DNA of 64,000 nucleotides from a bacterium (GCA_030698395.1 JAUYKW010000008.1:1662-65661); one strand, 5' to 3'; shown: positions 1 to 10,984, counted from the first letter of the stretch. Notes: generated by a model not told the origin, from the letters alone. Made by a program: numbers and translations.

Positions 1-2258
1 GTATTGCAGATTTTGCTGGTAATGCAGGATTAGGTACCACTGTTGATACAACGCGGTCTATGGTTACGGTATCTAGCTATACTCTAGATCCTGGAGCTAC
101 TGAAACTACTGGTTTAGTTACTGGCAAACTTATCACCGATGTTACTATCTCAGCGGAAAGAGCAGTTACTGGATATGACACAGTAGTTTTTTATCAAGTT
201 ATTGAGTTTGCAAAACCGGTTACCGTTCAATCAGGAGAGGTTACTCTGGGTTCTGGTAGCGTAAATATTACTGATCTATTAGGTACATCTGTAGATTTAG
301 ATAGGTCTTGGATTTATTGTTCTTGGGACGCGAGTAATGTTGGTATAAGGCAATCTGCAATTGGTTGTGAGTTACTTAATTCAGATCTAGCATCATTTTA
401 TAGATATAATACAGGTGCTTACACAAACCGAATAAGATACTATGTTATTGAGTTTCCGAGTGGATCTGTTGATGTAGAGCGGGGTAGTGTTTATGATAAT
501 CCAGAAGGAACAGACGGTGTCCAGTATGATCAAGATATTTCAATAAGCGACGTAGTTGATGTACAGAAAGCCTTTCCGTATGTCACTAATACTGCAAATG
601 GCACAGGCACAGCATTGCCGCGTAATAGATGGATAGAGTATTTAGTAGGAACAACAATTTTACGGACGTCAAATTGGCGTACATATACAGGCGGTACAGC
701 AGATGCCAATACAAAATACTGGCAGATTATAAGGTTTACACCATATTATGAAGCACTTGGCTGGGGATGGGTTGGAAATGCAATTGGCCCCGCAGATAAT
801 GCCACTATTGGTTTGGTGAGTTTTAACTGTGCCAGTTTAGATGAAGGTATTTTTGGGGTGTGTGATGATGTAGTTAGAAATAACTATGGAGTAAAACTTC
901 AATATGGTGGTTGCAGAATTGAGTGTGATGTAATAGGGCAAGCCTGGGTTGGTGGTTATGATACTGGCGATAGCGTTCCAGAATCTCCCTTAGGCATAAT
1001 AGATTTTAATCCTGATTTAACGGATGCTCCATCTGTAATAACTGGCCCTGATAATGGTGGAACGGATATTATTGAGGGAGATGATCCTTCTACTGTAGAA
1101 AATGATAGCTTGGATGCGCATTGGAATGAGGAGACAGGGGAGTTGTATGGTTGGGCAAGATTTAGATCATTGCGTGATGAGGAAATTGCCCTTGGCGGTG
1201 TAGCAAATGATTGGGGCTGGATAAAATTGAGGGGAAAAATTAATGATGGAGCTAGCAATGAGTATGGGGTAACTTTTGATACTGATACGCTTGAGTTTAC
1301 GGGGTGGGCATGGAATGAAAATGGTACAAATCCAGTAACGGGATTTGAATCTGATGGTACGGGAATTGGATGGGTGAAATTCGATATAGATTTAACATCT
1401 CTTGTGGGAACTTCATTTTTAGAAACTGTTCAAGGAGATGTTTATTCGAAATTAGGAGTTAGTAATAGCCAAACAAATCCAGTAGGTGAGCATAATGCAA
1501 CATATTTAATTGAGACGAGTGGTACAGTTACGGATTTTACATCAGAATTAGATATTAATCCGCCTGGTTCACCTGAGGATTATACTCCACGTGAAAACAT
1601 AGATATAAAATTTTACCCATATGAACGTGGTACTAATGTTTGGGGAGGAAAAGAACCAGCATATATTGGTAACATTTATGTTAATGAGTTAATAACTGAT
1701 GCAATGAAACAAGATAATGACTTCGTTGGTCCATGTACAGAATCTATATTGACAGGTCGTACTAATCCATTAGATCATCAGGTATTTTACTGTAACGGTG
1801 ATTTAACGATTAATAATAATTTAACTTTCTATAATGCAGTCGCTGATGGTAATGGCAGCGGTACAATTGTAGTAAATGGGGATTTAAATATTCGTGATAA
1901 TATGACATATTTTAATAATACAATTTCTAGTCATATTAATAATTTAGCATCTGTTTCTTGGATAGTTTTAGGAGAAATAAATATTGATCCGACAGTTACA
2001 GAGATAGTTGGAGCCTTTATTGCACTAAAGGAAGATGCTGGAGATCCTGATTTAATTAATTTTTATACAGGTTATGGCAATTTACCTTTAGAAATATATG
2101 GCTTGGTAATGGCTAAGGGTTATGCATTCAATAGACAAGATGTTGGTGTTAGTCCAGATCCAAAACCAGCAGAGAAAATCATCTATGATGGTAGAGTTAT
2201 TGCTAATACCCCGCCCGGATTAGAAGACTTTTCAAAAGTATTACCTACGATTCAATAA
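1..2258 (+). CDS. Large secreted/surface protein, 5'-partial (reading frame continues upstream of the window; codons in phase with nt 3). Rich in Gly/Thr/Asn/Asp and probably beta-rich. Possibly a pilus-associated adhesin.
   Basis: The open frame runs from the window edge to a stop at 2258, with no stop between nt 3 and 60. It is compositionally typical of secreted beta-rich proteins and sits immediately upstream of pilM. No recognisable catalytic motifs. Confidence 0.5.
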   Translation, partial: IADFAGNAGLGTTVDTTRSMVTVSSYTLDPGATETTGLVTGKLITDVTISAERAVTGYDTVVFYQVIEFAKPVTVQSGEVTLGSGSVNITDLLGTSVDLDRSWIYCSWDASNVGIRQSAIGCELLNSDLASFYRYNTGAYTNRIRYYVIEFPSGSVDVERGSVYDNPEGTDGVQYDQDISISDVVDVQKAFPYVTNTANGTGTALPRNRWIEYLVGTTILRTSNWRTYTGGTADANTKYWQIIRFTPYYEALGWGWVGNAIGPADNATIGLVSFNCASLDEGIFGVCDDVVRNNYGVKLQYGGCRIECDVIGQAWVGGYDTGDSVPESPLGIIDFNPDLTDAPSVITGPDNGGTDIIEGDDPSTVENDSLDAHWNEETGELYGWARFRSLRDEEIALGGVANDWGWIKLRGKINDGASNEYGVTFDTDTLEFTGWAWNENGTNPVTGFESDGTGIGWVKFDIDLTSLVGTSFLETVQGDVYSKLGVSNSQTNPVGEHNATYLIETSGTVTDFTSELDINPPGSPEDYTPRENIDIKFYPYERGTNVWGGKEPAYIGNIYVNELITDAMKQDNDFVGPCTESILTGRTNPLDHQVFYCNGDLTINNNLTFYNAVADGNGSGTIVVNGDLNIRDNMTYFNNTISSHINNLASVSWIVLGEINIDPTVTEIVGAFIALKEDAGDPDLINFYTGYGNLPLEIYGLVMAKGYAFNRQDVGVSPDPKPAEKIIYDGRVIANTPPGLEDFSKVLPTIQ

Positions 2259-2264
2259 TTGCTG

Positions 2265-2293
2265 TTGATTTTATGTTAGAAACGTGCTATAAT
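2265..2293 (+). promoter_or_regulatory. Sigma70-like promoter for the pilus operon: TTGATT, 17-nt spacer, extended -10 TGCTATAAT.
   Basis: The sequence is ttgatt-ttatgttagaaacgtgc-tataat, about 10 nt upstream of the pilM ATG. Confidence 0.5.
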
Positions 2294-2303
2294 TTTATAT
2301 AAT

Positions 2304-3425
2304 ATGGCTATTAAATCTTCCGACGGTATTGTCGGTGTCGATATCGGCGGCTCCAGTCTAAAAATGGTGGAGTTACGCAACGAAAAGGGGCGACCAAAGC
2401 TTGTAACTTATGGTTATATTGAGCGACCCAATCAAATATTAAAAGCTGATTCTGCTGAGGCAAAGCAGAGAGTAGTAGAAACCATTAAAGAGGTTGCCGC
2501 GAAAGCAAATATTACAAGTAAGCGAATAGTTGCCGGCTTACCAAGCTTTACTGTATTTTCATCAATTATTACTCTGCCAGAGATGAAAGAGAAAGAGTTG
2601 GCTGCAGCAGTAAAGTGGGAGGCGAAAAAATTTGTGCCAATGCCGATAGAAAAGATGATTCTTGATTATCAAATATTAGAAGATGCTGATGATACTATTA
2701 CAACATCTGATGCAAGTGTTGCACAGACAACTGCTGAAAATAGTGGTGATGCTGCAGGTGCTCAGGTTACAACACAACCAAAGAAATATAGTAAAATTTT
2801 GCTAACAGCGGCACCATCAGATTTGGTTAGTAGGTATGTAGAAATATTCCAGATGGCAGGTTTAACCTTAGAGAGTTTAGAAACTGAGGCATTTGCTCTA
2901 GAAAGAGCATTAGTAGGACACGATCCTTCTCCTGTACTAATCGTAGATATTGGAGCAACTACTACTAATATATCCGTTGTAGTTTCTAGCGTACCAGTTA
3001 TTAATCGTAGTATTGATTTAGGAGGACAGACTATAACAAAAACAATTGCTAGTAGTTTAAATGTAGATCCAGATAGAGCAGAGCAGTTTAAACGTGATTT
3101 TGGTTTAGTACCTTCAGGCTCAACTGGAAATCAAATTCCAAAACGTATTGAGTTTATGGTGTCTTCTGTTATCAATGAAATTAAGTATGTAATGAATCTT
3201 TATCATAATCAGAGCAGTAAACAGATTGAGAAGATTGTCTTGTCTGGAGGATCTGCGTGGTTACCGAATTTACCACAATATTTATCTCAATCATTAAATA
3301 ATAAAGTTATTATTGGTGATCCATGGGCTAGAGTAATCTATCCTGTTGAATTAAAACCAGTACTACAAGAGATTGGCCCTCGTTTAGGTGTTGCAGTTGG
3401 TTTAGCAATGCGTGAAATAGTTTAA
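2304..3425 (+). CDS. pilM: Type IV pilus assembly protein PilM (actin-like ATPase fold).
   Basis: The N-terminus GIVGVDIGGSSLKMVEL is typical of PilM/FtsA-like proteins. Length is 373 aa, and it is followed by pilN/O-like genes. Confidence 0.85.
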   Translation: MAIKSSDGIVGVDIGGSSLKMVELRNEKGRPKLVTYGYIERPNQILKADSAEAKQRVVETIKEVAAKANITSKRIVAGLPSFTVFSSIITLPEMKEKELAAAVKWEAKKFVPMPIEKMILDYQILEDADDTITTSDASVAQTTAENSGDAAGAQVTTQPKKYSKILLTAAPSDLVSRYVEIFQMAGLTLESLETEAFALERALVGHDPSPVLIVDIGATTTNISVVVSSVPVINRSIDLGGQTITKTIASSLNVDPDRAEQFKRDFGLVPSGSTGNQIPKRIEFMVSSVINEIKYVMNLYHNQSSKQIEKIVLSGGSAWLPNLPQYLSQSLNNKVIIGDPWARVIYPVELKPVLQEIGPRLGVAVGLAMREIV

Positions 3426-3427
3426 TA

Positions 3428-4972
3428 ATGGGCACTGTTGACTTCCTACAAGGAGATGAAAAAAAGTCTAAGAAGTCAGACAAAAATCAGCCTGCTCAAT
3501 ATGGTATTGAATATACGAATCCAGACGGAGATTATTCAGAACCATTAAAAGCAAAGAAGGAGAAAAAGAAATTTTCTTTATTTGGAGGGAAAAAGAATAA
3601 ACAAAGAATGCAAAAAGATAATGTCTTAGGTGTTGATTTGGTGAAATCTAGTGAAGAACAGAAGAATAAAATAAAGAGAGTAAAAATTGCAAAAATTAAG
3701 AAAAAGAAAGATAAAAAAGATGTTGATGATTCTGTTGTTGAGAGTGAGGCTTTAGATGTTGAACAACCAGTAAGTGTGAAGGCATCTTTGCCGACAGCTA
3801 ATGTTATGTCTAAAGATAAGGTGATAATTGCGTCTGATACCATAGATACTACTGTAATGAAAAATGATGAGACATTAAAAATAGAGGAGAAAAAGCCAAC
3901 TATACCAATAGCTCCAGTGGTACCTCCAGTTGTGCCAGTTATTCCATCACCGCAAACAGTGATAAAAGAAATGCCTGTTATGTCTGTGCCTTCTAAAAAA
4001 ACAACACCAGATGCAGTAAAAACAAGTGATGAAAGTTTGCCACATTTTGCTGTACCAGAAAAAAAAGTAAAAATTCCAACACCTCCGCCACCACCAGTAC
4101 ATGCTCAACCAGTGCCAAAAAAGGTGGAACCAAAAGTGGAACCTAGTATTAAAGTACCTCCGCCACCAGCTATAGTTACTCCAACTCAAATGCCAACAAC
4201 AGAGTTACCATTAAGTACTGCACAGTCTGGTAGGGTACATTCGAAGAATGTGCAGGCAATTCATGGCAAAGAGACAGATCCTGAACTTGGTCTTGCTTCA
4301 AATTTTTTAATTAATCTTTTGCCATCTGATCTTGTTGATGAATTCAGGCCAATATCGAGAATAGCCAATTTAATCAAAGTGGCAATATATACGGTAGTTG
4401 GCATTGGTGTGCTTTATGGTGCAATGATTGCGTACCAATTCTTTTTTATAATTCAAACTCAAAATAACTTAGAAGAGATATCAAAATTAGATCAAGAGAT
4501 ATTAACATATAAAGATTTACAAACAGATATCAATGAAAGTGATAAAAAAATTGAAGCTTTTAATTCTATAGTTACACAACACGTTTATTGGTCTAACTTT
4601 TTTGAGCTCTTAGAAAAATATACTTTACCTAACGTACATTACACGACTTTCGCTGGAACCGTAGATGGTAAGATAACTTTGCAGGCTACAACTACAGATT
4701 ATGCATCAGTAAGTAGACAAGTAGCTGTATTAAAAGACGCAACTGATTTTATTAAATCAGTTTACGTTACTAACGCTTCGAGCACAGTGACATCATCTGG
4801 AGAAGAAGCGAATACTGAAAATCAAGATGCTTTAGTTGAGGAATTGCCGATCGATGAGTTGCCTAGTGATGATTCAGTTGCAGTTGCACCTAAATCAAAT
4901 GAAGTTTTATTTGCGATTTCTGCTGAACTAAACCCTGATATTTTCTTATATAAGCGTTATGAAATTGAATAG
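3428..4972 (+). CDS. pilN: PilN-like inner-membrane pilus assembly protein, with a ~300-aa Lys/Pro-rich low-complexity N-terminal region.
   Basis: A single TM segment (IANLIKVAIYTVVGIGVLYGAMIAYQFFFII) is followed by a coiled-coil and a ferredoxin-like periplasmic part, as in PilN. The N-terminal half is K/E/P-rich, with PPVVPVIP and PPPPPVHAQP repeats. Confidence 0.6.
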   Translation: MGTVDFLQGDEKKSKKSDKNQPAQYGIEYTNPDGDYSEPLKAKKEKKKFSLFGGKKNKQRMQKDNVLGVDLVKSSEEQKNKIKRVKIAKIKKKKDKKDVDDSVVESEALDVEQPVSVKASLPTANVMSKDKVIIASDTIDTTVMKNDETLKIEEKKPTIPIAPVVPPVVPVIPSPQTVIKEMPVMSVPSKKTTPDAVKTSDESLPHFAVPEKKVKIPTPPPPPVHAQPVPKKVEPKVEPSIKVPPPPAIVTPTQMPTTELPLSTAQSGRVHSKNVQAIHGKETDPELGLASNFLINLLPSDLVDEFRPISRIANLIKVAIYTVVGIGVLYGAMIAYQFFFIIQTQNNLEEISKLDQEILTYKDLQTDINESDKKIEAFNSIVTQHVYWSNFFELLEKYTLPNVHYTTFAGTVDGKITLQATTTDYASVSRQVAVLKDATDFIKSVYVTNASSTVTSSGEEANTENQDALVEELPIDELPSDDSVAVAPKSNEVLFAISAELNPDIFLYKRYEIE

Positions 4973-5606
4973 TGAAAAATTAAACTCTTTTCTTGAAAAG
5001 TACAATAAATTGTTAATATTGGTTATTGTAGTATTGATTGGAAGTGTTGGTATTTTTGCCTTATTGGTTCCCCAATTTTATAGCTTGAGTACTTCAGGTG
5101 TACTAGAATATAAAGAAACTGAAGAGAAAGTAGTGAAACGACAACAGTATCTCGTAGATTTACAAATGATGAAACGGAATTTTGAAGAGCTGGATTTTAG
5201 AATATTTAGATTAATAGATACTATCTTACCTCCACAACAGGAGTCGGCACGATTATTTGAAGAATTGGAGTTATTTTTTGCAGATACGAATATTGAAATT
5301 AAAAGTATTAATATAGCAGCAGTTAATGAACCAGTAGCTACAGAGGCAACGAACAGAGATACAGCAAAACCTTATAACAGCGATGATATTATTCAGCTAA
5401 GTCTTACGGTTAATGTGGATGCAACAGCTGCAAGTTATGAGGATTTCAAAGACGTGTTAATAAAAATTGAAGAATATGATCATCTTTTAGAGTTAGAATC
5501 GTTAGTATATGCACCTGAAAATAGCGCATATACATTTACTTTTATTACATATCAAAGAAGTACCGAAGTAGAACAAGTAATAGATAATATTAACGACGAT
5601 GTCTAG
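4959..5606 (+). CDS. pilO: PilO-like pilus assembly protein.
   Basis: An N-terminal TM segment is followed by a coiled-coil and a C-terminal globular domain. It occupies the position after pilM/pilN, and its start overlaps the pilN stop. Confidence 0.6.
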   Translation: MKLNSEKLNSFLEKYNKLLILVIVVLIGSVGIFALLVPQFYSLSTSGVLEYKETEEKVVKRQQYLVDLQMMKRNFEELDFRIFRLIDTILPPQQESARLFEELELFFADTNIEIKSINIAAVNEPVATEATNRDTAKPYNSDDIIQLSLTVNVDATAASYEDFKDVLIKIEEYDHLLELESLVYAPENSAYTFTFITYQRSTEVEQVIDNINDDV

Positions 5607-6510
5607 AAAATCAAAAAAACAACCTAACATTACTTTATTGGTTATTGTATTAATGCTAGCAATATTTGGTTTAGTAGCTGCATTTTTAATTGCTACTACA
5701 TATTTTCAGGCAAGTTTGGAAAATATGGTATTGCAAAAGCAACAGCAAAATGACATTACTGTTGAGAATGTAGTTACAAAAATATCTACTGATATCTTAG
5801 AAGGAGAGCAAGTGCATGATTTATCAGATTTAAGATATTCAGAGTATGCCAGTCAATTATCTGGTACTGCACAGTTTTATCCAGAACCTGCAGAGCCTAA
5901 TAATTTTAGAGCGGAAAATATTGGTATTGGTGATAGAATATTATTAACTTGGGAAGTGCCTTTCGGACAATCGTATGAAGGAGTTGAAATAAATAGAGAT
6001 GGAGTTTTATTAGAATCAATACCAAGTGAAAGTGGTAGCTTTATTGATGTAAACGTTGTTAATGGGGAGACTTATAAATATTCAATTAGGTCTTATCGTA
6101 CTATTGATGATGTAGTTAATTACTCCAAAACAACAGAAGCAATAAAAGTAAAAGTAAAAGATGATGTTCCACCAGCTGCTCCAAAAAATGTTTCTGTGGT
6201 AGTTAGTGCTGATAATCCAGTTGAGTTAATAGTATCATGGGATAATGGGGACGAAGCTGATACAGATCATTATGTGATATACAGGTCTACAGAGTATGGG
6301 GTTAAAGGGGAAAATATTGGAAATATAGAAAAATCATTTACTGAGGCAAGTGATTCTACCGTAGAGCCAGGAGTTACATACTATTACACAGTAACTGCAG
6401 TTGATTTATCAGGAAATGAATCTACTGGAATATTACCTCACGCTACACCGGGTAACACCACTCCATTTGGTAAGAGTATTGAAGGTGATAATATTGAAGA
6501 ATCACTATAA
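5599..6510 (+). CDS. Membrane-anchored protein with fibronectin type III-like domain(s). It sits where pilP/pilQ would be in diderm pilus loci.
   Basis: There is an N-terminal TM helix. FN3-like signatures (PKNVSVVVSADNPVELIVSWDNG...TYYYTVTAVDLSGNES) are present. Confidence 0.5.
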   Translation: MSRKSKKQPNITLLVIVLMLAIFGLVAAFLIATTYFQASLENMVLQKQQQNDITVENVVTKISTDILEGEQVHDLSDLRYSEYASQLSGTAQFYPEPAEPNNFRAENIGIGDRILLTWEVPFGQSYEGVEINRDGVLLESIPSESGSFIDVNVVNGETYKYSIRSYRTIDDVVNYSKTTEAIKVKVKDDVPPAAPKNVSVVVSADNPVELIVSWDNGDEADTDHYVIYRSTEYGVKGENIGNIEKSFTEASDSTVEPGVTYYYTVTAVDLSGNESTGILPHATPGNTTPFGKSIEGDNIEESL

Positions 6511-6517
6511 ATAAAAT

Positions 6518-8254
6518 ATGATTGCTGATTTTTCATCACGCGTGTTGCAGCAGCTACAAGATAAACAGTTGATTACTCCAGATCAGGGAGTTCAATTATT
6601 ACAGCAAGCCACTGGTTTGAATGTGAGTGTTTTGCAATTAATTGAAGAACAAAGGTTGATTCGAACTGAAGAAATTGCAAAAGCAAAATCAGAGGTTTTA
6701 AATATGGAATACATTGATTTATCTGGTGTTGAAGTAAAGGCTGACGTTTTAAAAGTTATTGCTGAAGAGACAGCTCAAAACTATTTATTGGCACCTTTTC
6801 ATAGAGAGGATGACATTGTGAGTGTGGCCTTTGTAAATCCAGAAGATATTAGAGCAAATGAAGCGTTGGATTTTATAGCTCGTCAAGAAAGAGTGCATTT
6901 TAAAAATTACGTAGCTAGCCCAATGAGTGTTAAACACATATTGCGGCAATACGGTAATTTACATGAAGAAGTAGAGGAGGCTTTAGCAACAGCAGATGTA
7001 ACCGATATAGAATTAGGCGATAAAGAAATAATTGAGGATGAGGTTGTAAAGACGGCACCAGTATCAAAAATGATATCAGTGATTTTAAAGCATGCTATAG
7101 AAGGAGTATCTTCTGATGTTCACATAGAACCAATGGGAGATGAAACTAGAGTAAGGTATCGCGTTGATGGAGTTTTGCATACATCATTAGTTATTCCGGG
7201 AAAAGTTCATCAGGCATTAGTATCTCGTATTAAAGTTTTGGCAAATTTAAAATTGGATGAAACTAGATTACCGCAAGATGGTAGATTTAAAATGAAATTT
7301 GAAGGAAGAGATGTGGAATTTCGTGTTTCAACATTGCCTTTGATAGAGAATGAGAAAGTAGTAATGCGTATTTTGGATACATCTTCTAGTGTTTTAAGTT
7401 TAGAAGATCTTGGTTTTCATGATTATAATTTAACTAGAGCTAGTCGTAATTTACAGCAACCTCATGGAATGTTATTGATTACAGGTCCGACTGGTTCAGG
7501 TAAAAGTACTACTTTATATTCAATGTTATCTTTACTAAATAAAGAAGGAATAAACATCATTACTCTTGAGGATCCGGTGGAATATGATTTGCCTGGGATA
7601 GCTCAATCACAGATGAAACCAGAAATTGGTTTAACTTTTTCTGCTGGATTGCGTTCTGTTTTACGTCAAGATCCGGATGTAATTATGGTTGGTGAAATTA
7701 GAGATCAAGAAACTGCTGATTTAGCTGTGCATGCGGCTTTAACCGGACATATGATGCTTTCTACATTGCATACGAATAATGCTGTTGGTGCAATTCCACG
7801 TTTAATTGATATGGGCATTGAGCCATTTTTGTTAGCAAGTTCTTTGAATGTAGTAGTGGGTCAACGTTTGATAAGAAAAATCTGTGAGCATTGTAAAGAG
7901 ATGGTAGAATTAAATAGTAGCCAAATTAAAGATATTGAAGCAGAAATACAAGCAATGCCAGCAAAATTTTTACCTCATGATGTTTCTTTATTACCGCCAT
8001 ATACAGTTTATAAGGGAATGGGATGTAGTAGGTGCGATGATGGCGGTTATCACGGTAGAATATCAATTAACGAGGTGCTAGAAAATACAAAGGCATTAAA
8101 GAAAATTATTGATGATGGTGATATTGGAAAAACTGATATAGTCTTAAAAGAGATGCACGATCAAGGAATGTTCACTTTACGTCAGGATGGTCTTATTAAA
8201 GTGTTTCGTGGCCAGACAACTTTTGAAGAAGTTTGGAATGCTACTAAAGAATAA
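6518..8254 (+). CDS. pilB: Type IV pilus assembly ATPase PilB (GspE family).
   Basis: It has an N-terminal T2SSE_N-like domain. The Walker A motif is GPTGSGKSTT. A tetracysteine motif (CEHC...CSRC) is present. Length is 578 aa. Confidence 0.9.
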   Translation: MIADFSSRVLQQLQDKQLITPDQGVQLLQQATGLNVSVLQLIEEQRLIRTEEIAKAKSEVLNMEYIDLSGVEVKADVLKVIAEETAQNYLLAPFHREDDIVSVAFVNPEDIRANEALDFIARQERVHFKNYVASPMSVKHILRQYGNLHEEVEEALATADVTDIELGDKEIIEDEVVKTAPVSKMISVILKHAIEGVSSDVHIEPMGDETRVRYRVDGVLHTSLVIPGKVHQALVSRIKVLANLKLDETRLPQDGRFKMKFEGRDVEFRVSTLPLIENEKVVMRILDTSSSVLSLEDLGFHDYNLTRASRNLQQPHGMLLITGPTGSGKSTTLYSMLSLLNKEGINIITLEDPVEYDLPGIAQSQMKPEIGLTFSAGLRSVLRQDPDVIMVGEIRDQETADLAVHAALTGHMMLSTLHTNNAVGAIPRLIDMGIEPFLLASSLNVVVGQRLIRKICEHCKEMVELNSSQIKDIEAEIQAMPAKFLPHDVSLLPPYTVYKGMGCSRCDDGGYHGRISINEVLENTKALKKIIDDGDIGKTDIVLKEMHDQGMFTLRQDGLIKVFRGQTTFEEVWNATKE

Positions 8255-8256
8255 TT

Positions 8257-8634
8257 ATGAGTATTGAAAAGAAAAAAATATTACTAGTTGAAGATGATAC
8301 GTTTATTTCTGATATGTACAGGAAAAAACTAGAGAGTTCTGGATTTAATGTAGTATCATCAACTGATGGCATGAGCGCTTTAGTATTAGCAGCGTCAGAG
8401 TATCCCGATTTAATTTTATTGGATATTATGTTGCCAAAGATGGATGGTTGGGATGCACTTGATAGACTAAAAGATGATCCGGATACTAAAGATATTCCAG
8501 TAATCATTATGACAAACCTTGGGAGCCAAGAGGATGTTAAGCGGGGATTAGAGATGGGAGCTGTAGATTATTTAATCAAAGCTCATTTTGTTCCATCGGA
8601 AGTAGTTAAAAAAATAAGTGCAATTATTCAATAG
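8257..8634 (+). CDS. Stand-alone CheY-like response-regulator receiver (PilH-like).
   Basis: The receiver motifs LLVEDD...LILLDIMLPKMDG...K are present. It is 125 aa and has no output domain. Confidence 0.85.
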   Translation: MSIEKKKILLVEDDTFISDMYRKKLESSGFNVVSSTDGMSALVLAASEYPDLILLDIMLPKMDGWDALDRLKDDPDTKDIPVIIMTNLGSQEDVKRGLEMGAVDYLIKAHFVPSEVVKKISAIIQ

Positions 8635-9667
8635 TATGTCATCAGTTGATTCAGCTTCAGAAATTCAAATTCAAAAATTGTTATCAGCAGTTGCAGAGTA
8701 TAAAGCGACCGATTTACATTTGAGCGTGGGCAGTACCCCAGTTCTGAGGATGGGCGGAAAATTAGTGCCATTAACATCAGAGCCTTTGTTAACAAGTGAA
8801 TTTATTCAAACTGTAGCGTCATTGATGCTAACTCCAGAATTGAATGCAAAATTACAAGAACAGAAATCAATTTTATTTATTTATTATTCTAAATCAAAGG
8901 CCAGGTACAAGGTGCATATGTATTTTCAGGGTGGATTTATTTCTATTAGTTTAAGATTAATTCCGTCTTTAGCTACACCAATCAATGGATTGGAGTTGCC
9001 ACAAGAAGTTAAGAATCTAGTTCAGGTGGAATCTGGTATGATTATAGTTTGTGGACCGTATGGATCAGGAAAATCTACAATTTTAGCTGGTTTTATTGAG
9101 TATTATAATCAAAATCTTGGTAAGCATATAGTTACTTTTGAAAAACCTGTAGAATTCTTAATTAATGATAGTAAATCAATAGTTGAACAACGCGAGATAG
9201 GTAAAGATATTAATTCCATTAATCAAATATCAGAATTTGTTTCTACTGAGGATGTGGATATTGTGTTATTAGCAGATTTATTCAATCATGAAACTATGCA
9301 GGTGGCTTTTGATGCCGCTCGCATGGGTAAGTTGGTTTTAGTGGAAGCTAACACTGATAGTATTCGTGATACCCTGGAAAGTATTATTGGAATGTATAAA
9401 ATAGATGAACAACCTGCAATTATAGCCACAATGGTAAAATCTCTCAAAGCTATAGTAGCATTAGAAAGTCTACCAAATACATCTGGATCCGTGTCGATCG
9501 CGGCAGAGGTATTAGTGATGACGCCAAGCGTACAAGGCTTGTTACAGCAAGGAGCATTGGAGAAAGTTGATATGATTATTGAAGGAGGTAGAAATGAAGG
9601 AATGATTTCTATAAAAGAAGCAAAAGAGGCAATGGCGCAGGCAGGTATTATTAACTTACGTATGTAA
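8618..9667 (+). CDS. pilT: PilT-like twitching-motility/retraction ATPase.
   Basis: It has a Walker A motif (GPYGSGKSTILAG). At about 350 aa it matches the PilT/PilU size class. It lies between pilB and pilC. Confidence 0.7.
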   Translation: MQLFNSMSSVDSASEIQIQKLLSAVAEYKATDLHLSVGSTPVLRMGGKLVPLTSEPLLTSEFIQTVASLMLTPELNAKLQEQKSILFIYYSKSKARYKVHMYFQGGFISISLRLIPSLATPINGLELPQEVKNLVQVESGMIIVCGPYGSGKSTILAGFIEYYNQNLGKHIVTFEKPVEFLINDSKSIVEQREIGKDINSINQISEFVSTEDVDIVLLADLFNHETMQVAFDAARMGKLVLVEANTDSIRDTLESIIGMYKIDEQPAIIATMVKSLKAIVALESLPNTSGSVSIAAEVLVMTPSVQGLLQQGALEKVDMIIEGGRNEGMISIKEAKEAMAQAGIINLRM

Positions 9668-9668
9668 A

Positions 9669-10880
9669 ATGGCACTTTATTCATATACAGCAAAAAATAC
9701 TATTGGTGGTACAACAAAAGGAGTTGTGGATGCACCTGATGAGGAATCAGCTAAAAATTTGTTACGCGAACGTCAGTTAATTGTATTAACGCTTAAAACA
9801 AAATCAAGGCATAATCCATACGAGTTGTTGATGAATGCCATGAATAAGGTAAAAGTTAAGGAGGTTACTTTTTTTGCTAGACAATTATCTGTATTAATAA
9901 ATGCTACTATACCAGTAGTGAGGGCATTGAAAGTGTTAGTAAAACAAACTGAGAATAAGGTTTTTAAAGAAATTATTTCAGATGTTGCATCAGAAGTTGA
10001 TGGTGGTGCAAAATTATCGCAAGCAATGGCTCGTTATCCTCATGTGTTTGATGGTTTCTTTGTTCATATGGTGAGAGCAGGAGAAACTACTGGTAGATTG
10101 GATCAGGTATTGAACTATTTAGCGGATCAGAAAGAGAAAGATTATGCATTGCGAAGTCAGATAACTGGCGCGATGATGTATCCTGGCTTTATTATGATGG
10201 CCATGATTGGAATTGGTGTTGTAATGCTTATTTGGGTAGTTCCAAAGTTGGCTGGCATTATTACACAGGGTGGGGGAGAGCTACCTTTTGCAACCGCTGT
10301 ATTGCTTGGCTTGAGTTCTTTCTTTGTTGGATATTGGTGGTTAATAATATTATTAGTAGGAATAATAGGTGGGGGTGTTTATTTTTTTGCTAGAACAGCT
10401 CAAGGTAAATATTATATAGATGTATTAAAACTCAAACTGCCAGTTATAGGGCCATTATTTCAAAAGGTTGCTCTTGCTCGTTTTGCTGTAAGTTTTTCCA
10501 ATTTATTATCCAGTGGTGTGCCTGTTACAAAATCTTTGGGTATTGCTGGAGATGTGATTGGAAATGCTGTTTATCAAGATATTATAAAGAGGACAATCGT
10601 AGAAGTCGAAGGTGGTAATTCAATATCTACTATATTTGCTACTAGTAAGTATGCACCACCAATTGTTGCACAGATGATAAGTGTAGGTGAAGAAACTGGT
10701 AAATTGGACCAAATCTTAGGTAAATTAGCTGATTTCTATTCCAAAGAGGTGGAAAACTCTGTTGCGACTCTTACTAGTTTAATGGAGCCGATGATTATTG
10801 TTACTTTGGGATTAGGAGCTGCTTTTATGGTTTATGCGATATTGATGCCAATGTATAATATTACAGACTCTATTGGCTAA
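9669..10880 (+). CDS. pilC: Type IV pilus platform protein PilC (GspF family).
   Basis: It is 403 aa with a duplicated GspF-like architecture and three TM regions. It follows the ATPases. Confidence 0.85.
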   Translation: MALYSYTAKNTIGGTTKGVVDAPDEESAKNLLRERQLIVLTLKTKSRHNPYELLMNAMNKVKVKEVTFFARQLSVLINATIPVVRALKVLVKQTENKVFKEIISDVASEVDGGAKLSQAMARYPHVFDGFFVHMVRAGETTGRLDQVLNYLADQKEKDYALRSQITGAMMYPGFIMMAMIGIGVVMLIWVVPKLAGIITQGGGELPFATAVLLGLSSFFVGYWWLIILLVGIIGGGVYFFARTAQGKYYIDVLKLKLPVIGPLFQKVALARFAVSFSNLLSSGVPVTKSLGIAGDVIGNAVYQDIIKRTIVEVEGGNSISTIFATSKYAPPIVAQMISVGEETGKLDQILGKLADFYSKEVENSVATLTSLMEPMIIVTLGLGAAFMVYAILMPMYNITDSIG

Positions 10881-10904
10881 GAAGTAGAATTATTGATATA
10901 TGTA

Positions 10905-10933
10905 TTGCAACAGAATATAAAATGTGCTATAAT
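10905..10933 (+). promoter_or_regulatory. Near-consensus sigma70 promoter for pilA: TTGCAA, 17-nt spacer, TATAAT with an upstream TG.
   Basis: The sequence is ttgcaa-cagaatataaaatgtgc-tataat, about 50 nt upstream of the pilin ATG. Confidence 0.55.
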
Positions 10934-10984
10934 AAACTTAATTAATTAAGAACCTTATCTAACTAATATTGTATAAATAAAAAT